Positions 42,048-54,262 of a stretch of 64,000 nt of DNA are shown piece after piece (position 1 is the stretch's first letter; each line of letters begins with the position of its first letter). This DNA comes from Eledone cirrhosa. Lineage: Eukaryota. The position numbers and the translations under genes were made by a program. The notes below the pieces were generated by a model that ran no database searches, was not told where the DNA came from, and saw nothing but the letters and a program-made list of their open reading frames with translations. Where the stretch lies: NCBI GenBank assembly GCA_964016885.1, contig OZ024744.1, forward strand, positions 93,744,001 to 93,808,000. The letters are read 5' to 3'.

Positions 42048-42875
42048 CTGCTTGGTCAGAGCTGACCTGGGGCTAAACAACTGCTTGATCACTGTTGACC
42101 TGGGGCTAAACAATTGTTAGATCAAGGCTGACCTGGGGTTAAACAACTGCTTGATCAAAGCTGCCCTGGGGTTAAACAACTGATTCATCAGGACTGACCT
42201 GGGTTAAATAATGGCTTGATCACTGCTGACCTGTGGTTAAACAACTGCTTCATCAGGGCTAACCTGGGGTTAAACAACTGCTTGATCAGAGCTGACCTGG
42301 GGTTAACCGTTTCATCACTGCTGACTGGGGGCTAAACAACTGCTTTATCAGATCTGACCTGGGGTTAAAAAACTGCTTGATTAAGGCTGATCTGTGGCTA
42401 AACAACTTTCGATCACTGCTAACCTGGGGTTAAACAACTTTGATCAGAGCTGACCTGGGGTTAAATAACTGTTTGATCAGGACTGACCTGGGGTTAAACA
42501 ACTGCTTCATCAGGGCTGATCTGGAGTTAAACAACTGCTTGATTAGAGCTGACCTGGGGGTTAAACAACTGCTTGATTAAGGCCGACCTGTGGTTAAACC
42601 ACATTTGATCACTGCTGACCTGGGGTTAAACAACTGTTTGATCAGATCTGACTTGGGGTTAAACAACTGCTACATCGGGGCTGACCTGGGGTTAAACGAC
42701 TGTTTGATCACTGCTGACCTAGGGTTAAACAACTGCTTTATCACTACTGACCTGGGGCTAAACAACTGCTTGATCACTGCTGACCTGGGGCTAAACAACT
42801 GCTTGATCACTGCTGACCTGGGGTTAAACAATGACTTTATCACTGCTGACCTGGGACTAAACAACTGTTTGATAA
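42048..42875. repeat. 33-bp minisatellite, ~25 copies (ctgcttgatcactgctgacctggggctaaacaa)
   Basis: Direct inspection; followed by degenerate C-rich ~40-bp repeats to ~43170. Confidence 0.93.
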
Positions 42876-43553
42876 GAGATCAAGATAACTGTAGCTCCTC
42901 CCCCATCTCAACCCAGCCCAGGATATACTGTAGCCCCACCCATCCCATCTATAACTAACCCAGGTACCTGTAGCTCCACCCACTCCATCTATAACCAGCC
43001 CAAGATAACTGAAGCTCCTCCTCCATCTCAACCCACTCCAACTAACCAACCCAAGATACCAGTATCCCCACCTCTAACCCAAGATACCAGTGGCCTCACC
43101 CCCTCTCAAACAACCCCAGCCCATTACCAGTAGCCCCACCCCCACCCCTCAAGCAACTCCAACATACCAATTTTAAACGCTCCTAGATAGAGATCACTGT
43201 CACTGTGGAAAGTGGTTGGTAGCGGTGTGTATGTGAGAGAGGGAAAGAGTAGGGGTGGCAGCAATGCAGAAATCCCACATTGTATCATGTATGGAAAGGG
43301 GATTGTAGGAGTGTGTGTGTGTGTGAGAGAGAGGGGAGAGTATTTTGTTAATATAAACTATTGTTTATCCTCAAATTATAAATGAGTAAAATATTTCAGT
43401 TAGGTACTTTCAGTCATTTGTTTAAATTTATTCCATGTTTTGTGTAGTATATATGTAATTAATTACTGTATATATTATTTGTATGTAATATATGTATATA
43501 TCATCATCATCGTTTAACGTCTACCTTCCACACTAGCATGGGTTAGACGGGTA

Positions 43554-43600
<47 letters not shown>

Positions 43601-43644
43601 AAGTTAAATAAAAGTCAAATGATTAAAATTTAGCTTCGTTTATT

Positions 43645-43699
43645 ACTGCTATATATATTTCAGTGACAGCCATCTTTGGCTGTGACCTCTTCAGGCAGT
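43645..43699 (-). ncRNA. Type-I hammerhead ribozyme, intact, in a ~210-bp solo module (43600-43812)
   Basis: actgc-CTGAAGA-ggtcacagcc-aaagat-ggctgtcact-GAAA-tatata-TA-gcagt-AATAAA. Confidence 0.88.
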
Positions 43700-43812
43700 T
43701 TGAATTAGTATGGTATAGACAAGTACATATGTTGTTTAGGTGTATGATATTGTCAATACTCTGATATGCCCAGTTCCTTGTTGGGTTGTTAATTCACTGG
43801 GGAACTGGAGTC

Positions 43813-43896
<84 letters not shown>

Positions 43897-43899
<3 letters not shown>

Positions 43900-44165
43900 G
43901 GAGGTGAGTTTTATTGTAGTACAATAAAGCAATGCAGATATCGGACAAGTAGCACTCTACAGTTTGTAGGACTGGAGTATAAATAATATATAAGATCAAA
44001 AGATGCTTAAAAGAGTTCCATGTATTTTATTATGTGCATTTCAAAAACAAATATCATCATGCAACTGTTATTGCATGATCAAAACGCAAATGTTATTGCA
44101 TGATGATATTTGTTTTTGAAACGCGCATAATAAAATACATGGAACTCTTTTAACCATCTTTTGAT

Positions 44166-44175
<10 letters not shown>
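43897..44175. mobile_element. Fold-back pLTR-like module of the 243-528 family
   Basis: Arms ~43987-44066 and ~44096-44175 carry the GAAA-(t/c)g(c/t)gca-TA half of the HHR; 5' core lost at the junction. Confidence 0.75.
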
Positions 44176-44235
<60 letters not shown>

Positions 44236-44286
44236 GGTAAATATTGATGCAATTCAATTCAAGCACTCAACGTACTTTTTCCACAT

Positions 44287-44687
44287 AGGAGTGACGGAGT
44301 AGATATCGAATAAGGAAAAGCGAAGTAGTTTCAGATGTTCAAGTCCTTTAATAATAATGCTGTGATATATATTTCAGTGACGACACTGGCCACACTGTTC
44401 TGTGTGCGAGTGTCGTGTCATCATCAGACAGCTTGTTACATAATAAGGTTATGTTTCCGAGGCAATCCAAATTGGATCGACAAGGGAACGGATAAATTGC
44501 GTGTTTTGGGGTTTTTCATCCGCTCCCTTATTATGTAACAAGCTGTCTGATGATGACACGACACTCGCACACAGAACAGTGTGGCCAGTGTCGTCACTGA
44601 AATATATATCACAGCATTATTATTAAAGGACTTGAACATCTGAAACTACTTCGCTTTTCCTTATTCGATATTTACTCCGTCACTCCT
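44287..44687. mobile_element. Fold-back module (162-bp arms, 77-nt loop) with two intact hammerhead cores (44359-44432 minus, 44542-44615 plus)
   Basis: gctgt-CTGATGA-[acgacact..cacac..gtgtg..agtgtcgt]-GAAA-tatata-TC-acagc. Confidence 0.85.
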
Positions 44688-44688
44688 G

Positions 44689-44860
44689 GTAGAGGGTCGG
44701 ACGCCATGCTTTCCAGCATAGTTACGTCCCTTTACGATCTGAGTTCAAATCCCGCCGGCGTTGACTTTGCCTTTCATCCTTACGGGGTCGATAAAATAAA
44801 GTACCAGTAATGTACTGGCTAATTGCTGGCCTTGTGCCTAAAGTAGAAACAATTATTATT
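44689..44860 (+). mobile_element. SINE family B (B box GAGTTCAAATCC; central GCCTTTCATCCTTACGGGGTCGATAAAATAAAGTACCAG; (ATT)n tail)
   Basis: Five related copies in the window; central block resembles, from memory, a conserved MetaSINE-type domain. Confidence 0.78.
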
Positions 44861-44903
44861 AAAGGACTTGAACATCTGAAACTACTTCGCTTTTCCTTAT
44901 TCG

Positions 44904-44959
<56 letters not shown>

Positions 44960-44963
<4 letters not shown>

Positions 44964-47038
44964 AAAATGGAACGGGAACAAAACAGAGAGGCACTACGAA
45001 CAAAGGTTTATTAGTTTCACACTCTTGAGAGGGGGGGCGTTTCGAGCATAAGCCCTTCTTCAGGCGAAAAGTGTGTGGGAAGAGAGTTCCGAGGGTGTGT
45101 AGGGGAGTGGAGGAGAGACATTTAGAAAGGGGGGGAGGAAAAACGGTGGAAGGGGTACAAATTAAAAAAATAAAATTTAAAAAAAATAAACATGAAGATA
45201 AACAAGTGGTGAAAGGGTGTAGGGGTGGTGGTGGGTGGAGTGGGGAGAGGGAGGCGGAGTATCCGAGCGGGGAAGGCTGACGGTGATGTAGGTGTACGTG
45301 TGTGTGTGTATGTGAATGTGAGAGTTGGGGGAAGAACAAGGTTCCATGTTCAGGAAAAGGTGTGTGTGTGGGGGTGGAGTGTAGGTCGGTGTGTGCGCGT
45401 GAAGATGGGGAGGGGTCAGATGGGTGGGGGAGGGGGATTCCAGAGGCTGTGTGTGTATATATGTGGGGGTACGCACGTGTGTGTGGTGTTTATACGTATT
45501 GTGGATGTAGGTGGCGTGGTTCAAAAAAAATTTTTTTTAGTGTATGTCCGTGGTAAGGTCCTAAGGTAGTTCCGTAGAGGGTGTGGTGAGTTGCCGGATA
45601 GTTTCCATGTGATGGAGTTGATAGTGGGAACGATGGCCAATGGTCTATAATCCGTGGTATGTGTTTGTCGGAAAAGGGGAGATATGGGGTGTGCGCGCAA
45701 CAGGAAGTGGTCAGAGGGTCAAGGCAGGAGGAGGGTAGAGGAGAATGATAGGTGGAGAGGGCTGTGTGTCTGTGTGTGCGGAGAAGTGGTCAGGGGGTCA
45801 AGGCATAGCAGCAGTAGAGGAGCATGGCAGGTGGAGAAAGTCAGTGTGTCAGTGTGTGCGGAGGTTCGGTGGACGGGGGAGAGGATGGGTAGGTGTGAAA
45901 GGTGGAGTGGGGAGGGGGTCGTGCGGGGGGATGGGGTGTGTATTAGTAGAGGTGTTAGTGGGATGTGTGTGTGTGTGTATAGTGAAGGGGTGTGGGTGGA
46001 GCGGAGAGGGGTATGGTGGAGGGGTGGTAGGTGATGGGGAAGGGGAGACGGTGGGTGGGTGTGCGGTGGCGTGGGGTGAGGGTGGTGGAGCGGTGGACAG
46101 CACGGGCGCGGGTGAGAGCGGTGTGGACGAGAGGGGGTGGGGGTAACCTCTGCGGATGAAATAGCTGACTAGGGAAAGGGCCTGGGACTCGAAGTCAGCA
46201 TCTCGGCTACAGAGGCGGCGGATCCTGAGGAGTTGGGAGTAGGGAATAGAGTGTTTAGTGTGTGTGGGGTGGGAAGAGGTGAAGTCGAGGTAGGAGTGGG
46301 AGTCGGTGGGTTTGAAGAAGGCGGAGGTGACGAGGGAGTGGTGGGAGGGGTCGAAGGCGACGGAGATGTCTAAGAAGTGGACGTGGGTGATGGAGATAGA
46401 GGTGGTGAAGTGGAGGAAGGGGTGGAAGGAGCAGAAGAAGGAGAGAAAGGAGTTGAGCTGTTCTCGGGTGGGGGTCGTGGCTCCGATACAGTCGTCGATG
46501 TAACGACCGTACAGTTCGGGCGTGGGGCCGGTGTACTGGGCAAAGATTTGGGCCTCAACATGGCCAACAAAAAGGTTGGCATAGTTTGGGCCCATTCTTG
46601 TACCCATGGCTACGCCCGTGACCTGTTGGTAAAACTCACCCGAGAAGGAGAAACAGTTGAGGGTGAGGACCAGCTCGGCGAGGCGAAGGAAGGTGGGGTT
46701 GGAGGGGATGAGGGAGGGGCGAAGGTCGAGGTAGTGCTTGAGGGCGCGTAGGCCGTCGGCGTGGGGGATGACGGTATAGAGGGACTTGATGTCTAGGGTG
46801 AAGAGGAAGGGCTGTGGGCCGGGTGGGTAGGTGAAGAAGTCGAAAAGGCGCAGGGCGTGGTTGGTGTCGGAGATGTGGGAAAGGAGGGTGGTGACAAGGG
46901 GGGGGGCGAGGATGGAGTCAAGAAAGGCGGAGATGAGTTCGGTGAGGCAGTTGCAAGCGGAGACGATGGGGCGGCCGGGGTTGTCGGGTTTGTGGAGTTT
47001 GGGGAAGAAGTAGATGGTGGGGGTGCGGACGATGAGGT

Positions 47039-47041
<3 letters not shown>
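44960..47041 (-). mobile_element. Neptune-like Penelope element, 5'-truncated and frameshifted RT
   Basis: PKLHKPDNPGRPIVS, MGTRMGPNYANLF, RYIDD, FLDI, KPTD..SYL..SSHP..SIPYSQ..RIRRLCS motifs; partial HHR (CTGAAGA-agggc-ttat-gctc-GAAA) at 45035-45068. Confidence 0.88.
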
Positions 47042-47083
<42 letters not shown>

Positions 47084-47282
47084 ATACTGGGGGAGGGTCA
47101 TATTTGCGTAATATTGCCAGAATTAATAACAGAACACACTCACTGTTTGGTTGGTTTTCGCTTCTCGCTGTCTTTTATATCTGCGATCTAACTTACTCGG
47201 TCCTCAATGTTGCCATTGACTGACCGACGGTCAAAAATAATACAGATACAATATAGACACAAACACATATATATAGTTTACA

Positions 47283-47334
47283 TAATTTACATAAATCTTT
47301 CGTTGCACATCTGCAACATCGTCAGTGGTGTTAT
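47283..47334 (-). ncRNA. Hammerhead ribozyme in the PLE 3' region
   Basis: cacca-CTGACGA-t-gttgca-gatg-tgcaac-GAAA-gatt-TA-tgt; sense to the ORF; stem I weak. Confidence 0.72.
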
Positions 47335-47600
47335 ATTTTTTCCTCCTGTTGTGTTGTATGTCTACGCCATTTTTTATTCAGTCTGTCTATATATTTATTT
47401 ATTTATTTGCTTGTTTGTTTATTTTATTTTGTCTTCTTTGCGCATGCGTTTGCGTGTGTGTATAGTGTTATGTGTGCTGTGTGACTAGTGTGTATAGTGT
47501 TGTCTGCTGGGTGACTAGTGTGTGTTTATGTGCTTGTTGTTATTGTGCTTGTGTATGTATTTATTTATCTTATTTTATTTTATTTTATTTATTTACTTAT

Positions 47601-49916
47601 TTATACTTCTCTTAGGTCAGTGTTGTTTGTTTGGGTGTTGTTGTTGTTCCACTCATTCTTTCTGTTTAGCTTTGGTCTTCTAATTTCTATTTCACTGGCC
47701 TCTCTGATTTGCCTATCTGCTGGGTCATTCCTATGTTTAGATATTATTCTAATTTCTATGTTGTCTATGTTACCGTCATGTTGTTGTCTAGCATGTTCGT
47801 ATAGTACTGACCCGTTTTTTCGTCCTTTTAGTCCCCCCCAGTGTTGGTCTATCCTTTCACCTATGCTACGAGCTGTCTCACCTATGTATGTTGTTGTCAT
47901 GTTTCTGCAAGTACCCTCTGTACATCTTATGCTATAGATTACGTTTCTAGTTTTACAGTTTATCCGGGGGTTCACCTTACATATGATACATTTCCTATTG
48001 GTACAGTGGGTTTTCTTAAAAGGGTAGGTTTTGCTGATCAGGGATTTTATGGTGGTTCCTGGCTTTTCTACCACCTTTATTTTTAACTGGGTCTTTCTCA
48101 GGGCCTTTCTACACTGGTTAGCTAATTTCCCTCCAGGGGTGGCGTCCACAAACATGACACTCTGATATCTCTGGTTGTCGTACCATGATGTGGCCTTCCC
48201 TATCTTATGTCTAGCCCTATCTAAGCTATTCCATGATTTGCTCCTGTATAGTGGGCAAATTCCTTTCATGTCCAGTTCTATGAGGGTCTTATACTTTTCC
48301 ATGGCTCCTTCGTATACTCTGACTCTGTCTCTTTGGTTGTAGCCAGAGAACTGCATGCGGTTGATGAAGTATTGGATGTGTCTTTCCATTTCTGTTGGGT
48401 CGCACATGCTGGACACATTCTTCATCACTCGTACCAAATCTGCGATCAGAATATTAAACTTAGCACTACTGGACATTGCTGAGTTTTTGAGTATCAGGTA
48501 TTTGGAGGCCATGGGTTTAGCATAGTGTGGGTGGAGAATTTGGGCTCTCTCGTCTATAGTGTTAATCCAGAGTTCTGTGTCTAATACAGGTAGTCTATTG
48601 TTAGGGTGTTTGGAAGGGAAGTCGATAGTTACAGTTATACTCTGGTGTATGGAATTAGCTATCTGCTGGATGCTTTTCATCGTGCTACGTTCTAAATCAA
48701 ACTTGTTAGTGCTCTCTAGTGGGGGTGTTCTTATAACTATATTGATATCGTCTACATAACGAGAGTACATGATGAGGTCTATGGAGCTTTCATTAAGGAG
48801 ATCTTTAAGTCTCCTTTCCCACCATACCATGAAAAGGTTGGCAACATCACCAGCTATGCTGACGCCGATGGCTGCTCCCTCATTTTGGGTGTAGATTTTC
48901 TCATTGAACTTAAATATGTGGCTCTTTAGGGTAGTTTTGATACTAGCCCCTACTGCATGTGCGACCATTTTTCTTACCTGATCAGTGTTTTGGGGGGTCC
49001 GTATAGCTTTGTTCCACCCAATCCACCTTCCTATGGGAGTCTTTTTTGCCATTGAGGTTATGGTGGGGGTTCTACCTCTTATAGGTCTACTAGGGCAGAA
49101 ACATCTAAGGTCATGGCTGTCTAGGTAGTCAGTGTCGTAGGTAAGTCTAAGTAGGAGGCCCAGTTCGTCTGTGTCGACGTCGCAGAACTCCACCTCACTC
49201 TCAATGATCATCTCCACACATCTTTTCACAGCAAAATCAATGTTAATGGATGGGTACAGTGACACCACATCCATGCTGCCTATTATGCAGTTGGATAGGT
49301 TCCTGTTTTTGTTGCACTCACTGATTCTGCTGAGGAGGTCCTCTGTACTTTCACATACATCTGGGGACATCTTGATTATGGGGCGTATAACCATTGAGAG
49401 GAAGTAGGAGATCCTGTAGTTGCTAGCTATATTAGCTCCGCATACGGGTCTTGTTGGTGGTCCTGTTGTCGGGTCGTCGACTGTCTTGTGGTCTTTGCGG
49501 AGCCCATACAAGGGTGGTATGCCATTGTTAGACGCCTGGAAGTTGTTGGCAGTGCGTCTGCTTGGCTTTAGGATGTCAGTCCACATCATCATGTGAGCGT
49601 TGAGGATTTTTTCTCTCCCATCGTGTGTTTGTTGTGCAACTTCGCTCGTGTTGGTGATGTGGGGTTGCATAGCCTCGATGTAGTTCGGCATGCTATCTAT
49701 TGACATCCTACCAGACTTATCTGTGGGTAGACACACTACCTCACCATCCCTTGTGCGCTGCTTGAGGCTAACCAAGCCTTCTACAGGTTTTCTCCCAAGT
49801 TGTTGGACCTCTGGTTTGCTCTGTCTCATAGTATACCTGTCTACTACTTGTCTAATCTTATTTCTAGCTATGGTGAACTGTACCTCCGTCTCGTATCTAT
49901 TTGCTGTGGTATGCAA
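47601..49916 (-). CDS. Penelope-like element RT + GIY-YIG endonuclease ORF (771 aa, uninterrupted), Nematis-like by motif impression
   Basis: PTDKSG, GLRKDHK, RPVCGA, SMDVVSLYPSI, G..IG, RYVDD, LPVLD, KPMAS, VIY..YIGET.R, LNRK.EW motifs. Confidence 0.92.
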   Translation of the reverse strand: MHTTANRYETEVQFTIARNKIRQVVDRYTMRQSKPEVQQLGRKPVEGLVSLKQRTRDGEVVCLPTDKSGRMSIDSMPNYIEAMQPHITNTSEVAQQTHDGREKILNAHMMMWTDILKPSRRTANNFQASNNGIPPLYGLRKDHKTVDDPTTGPPTRPVCGANIASNYRISYFLSMVIRPIIKMSPDVCESTEDLLSRISECNKNRNLSNCIIGSMDVVSLYPSINIDFAVKRCVEMIIESEVEFCDVDTDELGLLLRLTYDTDYLDSHDLRCFCPSRPIRGRTPTITSMAKKTPIGRWIGWNKAIRTPQNTDQVRKMVAHAVGASIKTTLKSHIFKFNEKIYTQNEGAAIGVSIAGDVANLFMVWWERRLKDLLNESSIDLIMYSRYVDDINIVIRTPPLESTNKFDLERSTMKSIQQIANSIHQSITVTIDFPSKHPNNRLPVLDTELWINTIDERAQILHPHYAKPMASKYLILKNSAMSSSAKFNILIADLVRVMKNVSSMCDPTEMERHIQYFINRMQFSGYNQRDRVRVYEGAMEKYKTLIELDMKGICPLYRSKSWNSLDRARHKIGKATSWYDNQRYQSVMFVDATPGGKLANQCRKALRKTQLKIKVVEKPGTTIKSLISKTYPFKKTHCTNRKCIICKVNPRINCKTRNVIYSIRCTEGTCRNMTTTYIGETARSIGERIDQHWGGLKGRKNGSVLYEHARQQHDGNIDNIEIRIISKHRNDPADRQIREASEIEIRRPKLNRKNEWNNNNTQTNNTDLREV

Positions 49917-50734
49917 ACTCTTTTATTAAAGGGTAACCTCGTAGGATAGATATTACCCATCTTATATGTTTTGTCAGCTGGGTTGAAAAATAGTTTCTCC
50001 AAGGGGTTGTCATTATATCTATCGTCATAGTTGTGTGTGTTGCTATTGTTGTTGTTATTATCAGGGTGGTTGTTGTTGTTTCTATCATTAGCTTTATTAT
50101 TATTGTTATGATTGCGAGATGTATTGTTGTTTACTTCACCGTTATTGTTGTTGTTGTTACTGTTATTTCTACCATTGTGGTTGTTACTATTATTATGTTT
50201 CTTGTTTTTGTTGATGTTGCTACATGTACTATTTCCATTATTACCACTGTGGTTATTGTTGTTGTTGTTCGTATTGTTACCGTTATTACTACTGTGGTCA
50301 CTATGGTGATCAAACCTGACTCTGAAATCGCGATTTCAGAGTCAGGTTTGATCACCATAGCGATCGTGCCTCAAGCTGGTCACCCGAGAAACAATTGTAA
50401 TATGTCCAATAAATTCCTTTCGTCGCAACACTGATTCTCTTTTTTCTGTGATATATATATATATATCATCATCATCATCACTGTTTAATGTCCATTTTTC
50501 CATGCTTGCATCGATCAGATGGGTTGTGTGTGTCGAGAAAAAAGTGTGGCCAGGATTTGGTCACGCCATACCTTGCTCTGATGGGACTGTGAATTTGGCC
50601 GGGATTTTTACAGCTGTATGCCCTTCCTAACACCAACCACATTTACGGTGTGGAACTGGATGGTACCATTATGGTTATAAGGAGGAACAGGCCAGTTGGT
50701 GGTGCTGAACCTTTCTCACAGTGGAACTGGGTGA

Positions 50735-51556
<822 letters not shown>

Positions 51557-51586
51557 TATATATATATATATATGTATATATAGATA

Positions 51587-52891
51587 AGTTTCTTTTATTT
51601 GCCACTAGGGCATCAAAAGTGGGACAAGTACAAAGGGGGGAGTTTACACAAAAAGGCGTCCTCAATAAGGAGGAGGCAATAACAAAATATAAAAATAAAA
51701 TAAGATATAACAAAAAATAAAATTTTTAACAAAATCCTCAATAGAGAGGAGGCGCCTTGGGGGGTCGCACACACCCCCGAAAAAAGTGTGCAACCCTTTT
51801 CCTCAGGAGCACAGAGAGGGGGTGCTCCCTCGTTCCTTCCTCTTTTCCACCTACAGGCTTATGTAAAGAGAAGGCCCATTCACACGGGCCATTCTCGCCA
51901 CTTTCACCCACCTTTCATAAAAACGACTGGGGTGCAGCACCTCTCTCTCCATCCTGATCCTTCTTCCGAAATGATATCGGAAGAAACGGACCAGTTGTTG
52001 GCCAGAGAGAAAGGCGCCCGACCTCAGTCCTTTCAGACGCGTCCACCATACAACCTCTTTCGCCATGGCTATTACGCACAGAAACACCGCCTCTGCTTCA
52101 TCTTTGAAGGGGGGAGGCGGCTTGATCATTACAATAGACTCGGTGGTCAACCGGATCGGTCCCACCCTTGACAGCAGTTGTTCGACATAGCCCCACAGAT
52201 CGGCTACGCCCGAGCAGTGTACCAATGCGTGTGCAACGGTTTCCTCGTCGCACACGCATCTGGGACAGATCTTTTTGGCGGGGTCCCTACCCGGGCGCCC
52301 GTGTCTGTAGAGCCTTTCTCGAACGGGTAAAGCCCCTCGGTAGCACTGCCAGGCCAGGGACTTCTGGAAGTTGTCCATAGGTCCCGGGCTGAATGTCCTA
52401 CCGAACAGGCTGGCCAGTTCGTCCTCCTCCATGTCTAGGGCTTCTCCGAGGGCGTCGTCGCACCTGCTGCGTACCAGCCCTCTATAGAATGTTGCGGTGG
52501 AGTCTCCACTGATAACCGGATCCGCCTGCCAGAGGGCGGTGAGCGCCTGGGCACACTCAGTGTGCCAGGCGCCCAGTTTTCTCGGTCTCTGCTTGACCCA
52601 GGATTGCAGTTCGGTGAGTGAGACGAGTCTGGGAAAGGTTCGTCTCACAAACGGGGCCCACACCGGTTGTCCGGTGAGGAATACGTAGAGGTGCCGTAGC
52701 CTTAATGCGTGTTTACGCATCATTAGCCACGGCATCCCCAGCCCTCCTTTCGAAGGGTGTTGACAGCAGATGGATCTCCTCACCATAGGAGCCCGCCCCT
52801 TCCAAAGGAATTGGAAGAGCGCGCGCTCCATCTTGGTGAGGGTTTCCCTTGGGCAGGGCACTACGGTCAGGCGGTAGTAGATGACGGACGC
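51587..52891 (-). mobile_element. Tx1-clade LINE 3' end with 14-bp TSD
   Basis: FLWKG..GGLG, CPRC..EETVAHALVHC motifs; AATAAA end; tgtatatatagata at 51573-51586 and 52892-52905. Confidence 0.9.
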
Positions 52892-52899
52892 TGTATATA

Positions 52900-54262
52900 T
52901 AGATAGAGAAAACTATAGAGGCATTAAGTTAGTTGACCAGGTCACGAAGGTCACAGAAAGAGTTATTGCACAACTAATTAGAGACCGAATTGATTTAGAT
53001 AAAAGAACCACGATGCTCTTTTCCTTGTATGGCAACTACAGGAGAAGTACCTAGGTAAAAGTAAACCCCTCTACTTAGCTTTTGTTGACTTGGAGAAAGC
53101 CTTTGAGTCCCTCGCTCCATTATCTGGTGGGCGCTTAGAAAACTAGGTGTAGATGAATGGCTTGTGAGAGCTATACAAGCCATGTATAAAGAAACAGTCA
53201 GCAAGGTTAGAATTAACAATGAATATAGTGAATAATTTAGTGTAAACGTAGGCGTTCATCAAGGCTCCTTCTTTAGCCCATCCTGTTTATAAGTAGTAAA
53301 TGCCCATAGGATACTAGATCCTTTTACTGCCCAGATGGTTCTTTAGAAATAGTGGACACTTTCTGTTACCTGTGTGACAAAATCAGCAGTGGTGAGGGTG
53401 CTCTGAAAGTACATTAGCCAGAGTCAGAACGGGATGGAAAAAGTTCAGAGACCTAATACTGCTGTTGGCCACAAAAGGTTTCTCTCTAAAAATGAAAGGT
53501 AGATTGTATGATCTTGTATATGAACAGCAATGTTACTAGGCAGTGGGACATGGGCATTGTGTGCAGAGGACCTGCACGGATTGGAAAGGAATGAAGCATG
53601 CATGTTCCATTGGATGTGTAATAGTAATGTACACAAACGGCAAAACATAAATGAACTAAGTGAGAAATTAGGAATAAGAGGGATTAGATGCTGTTTACTT
53701 GAGAGATGATTACGTTGGTATGGTCATGTGATGTGCATGAAAGACGGCAGCTGTATAAAAAAGTGCAGAGCAATCAAAATTGATGGAAGCTATGGTGTAG
53801 GTAGACCCAGAAAAACCTGGGACGACTTGATAAATTCTGACCTTGCACACTTACACCTCTTTAAGACAATGTTACTGGACTGAGATCTTTGGCGCTACGC
53901 AGTAATACAGAAGACCCACCTTCCCTACGTACATAGTTAACCTACAGCCAGTAGGTACCTCTTAACCAAATATACACCCAACCCACTACCCCTACTCCAC
54001 CTCCCACTCCCGCCAACACCACCCTTTCTCTATAATGTTATGTTAGTACCACATAACGTCCAGTCCAAACTAAAGAGGTTGTGTAGGTGTCACGACAAAA
54101 AAGCACCTAGTCCACGCTGTAATGTTGTTGTTTAGGAGACACGGTAAAAAGGCTCCCAGTCTACACTGTAAATGTGGTTGGTGTTAGGAAGGGCATCCAG
54201 CTGTAGAAAACCTGCCAGATACAGTCCTATATGAGCGAGACACGGTCACCGAATCAATCTTG
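52900..54262 (+). mobile_element. RTE LINE 3' half, degenerate
   Basis: NYRGIKL, AFVDLEKAF, GVHQG, WYGHV motifs; tail interrupted by Tx1. Confidence 0.88.

Larger units (their letters stand above)
47080..50450 (-). mobile_element. Penelope-like element with 3' HHR and an upstream inverted pLTR-like segment
   Basis: ORF as above; (TA)n at both ends; perfect 60-bp palindrome at 50301-50360. Confidence 0.8.

Noticed and set aside
42590-42958. ORF with LITADLGLNNC repeats resembling an LRR protein
   Set aside because: Product of a 33-bp minisatellite; neighbouring units have indels and stops
47177-47250. Second hairpin-rich HHR-like fold in the PLE 3' region
   Set aside because: Stems present but the core deviates at several invariant positions
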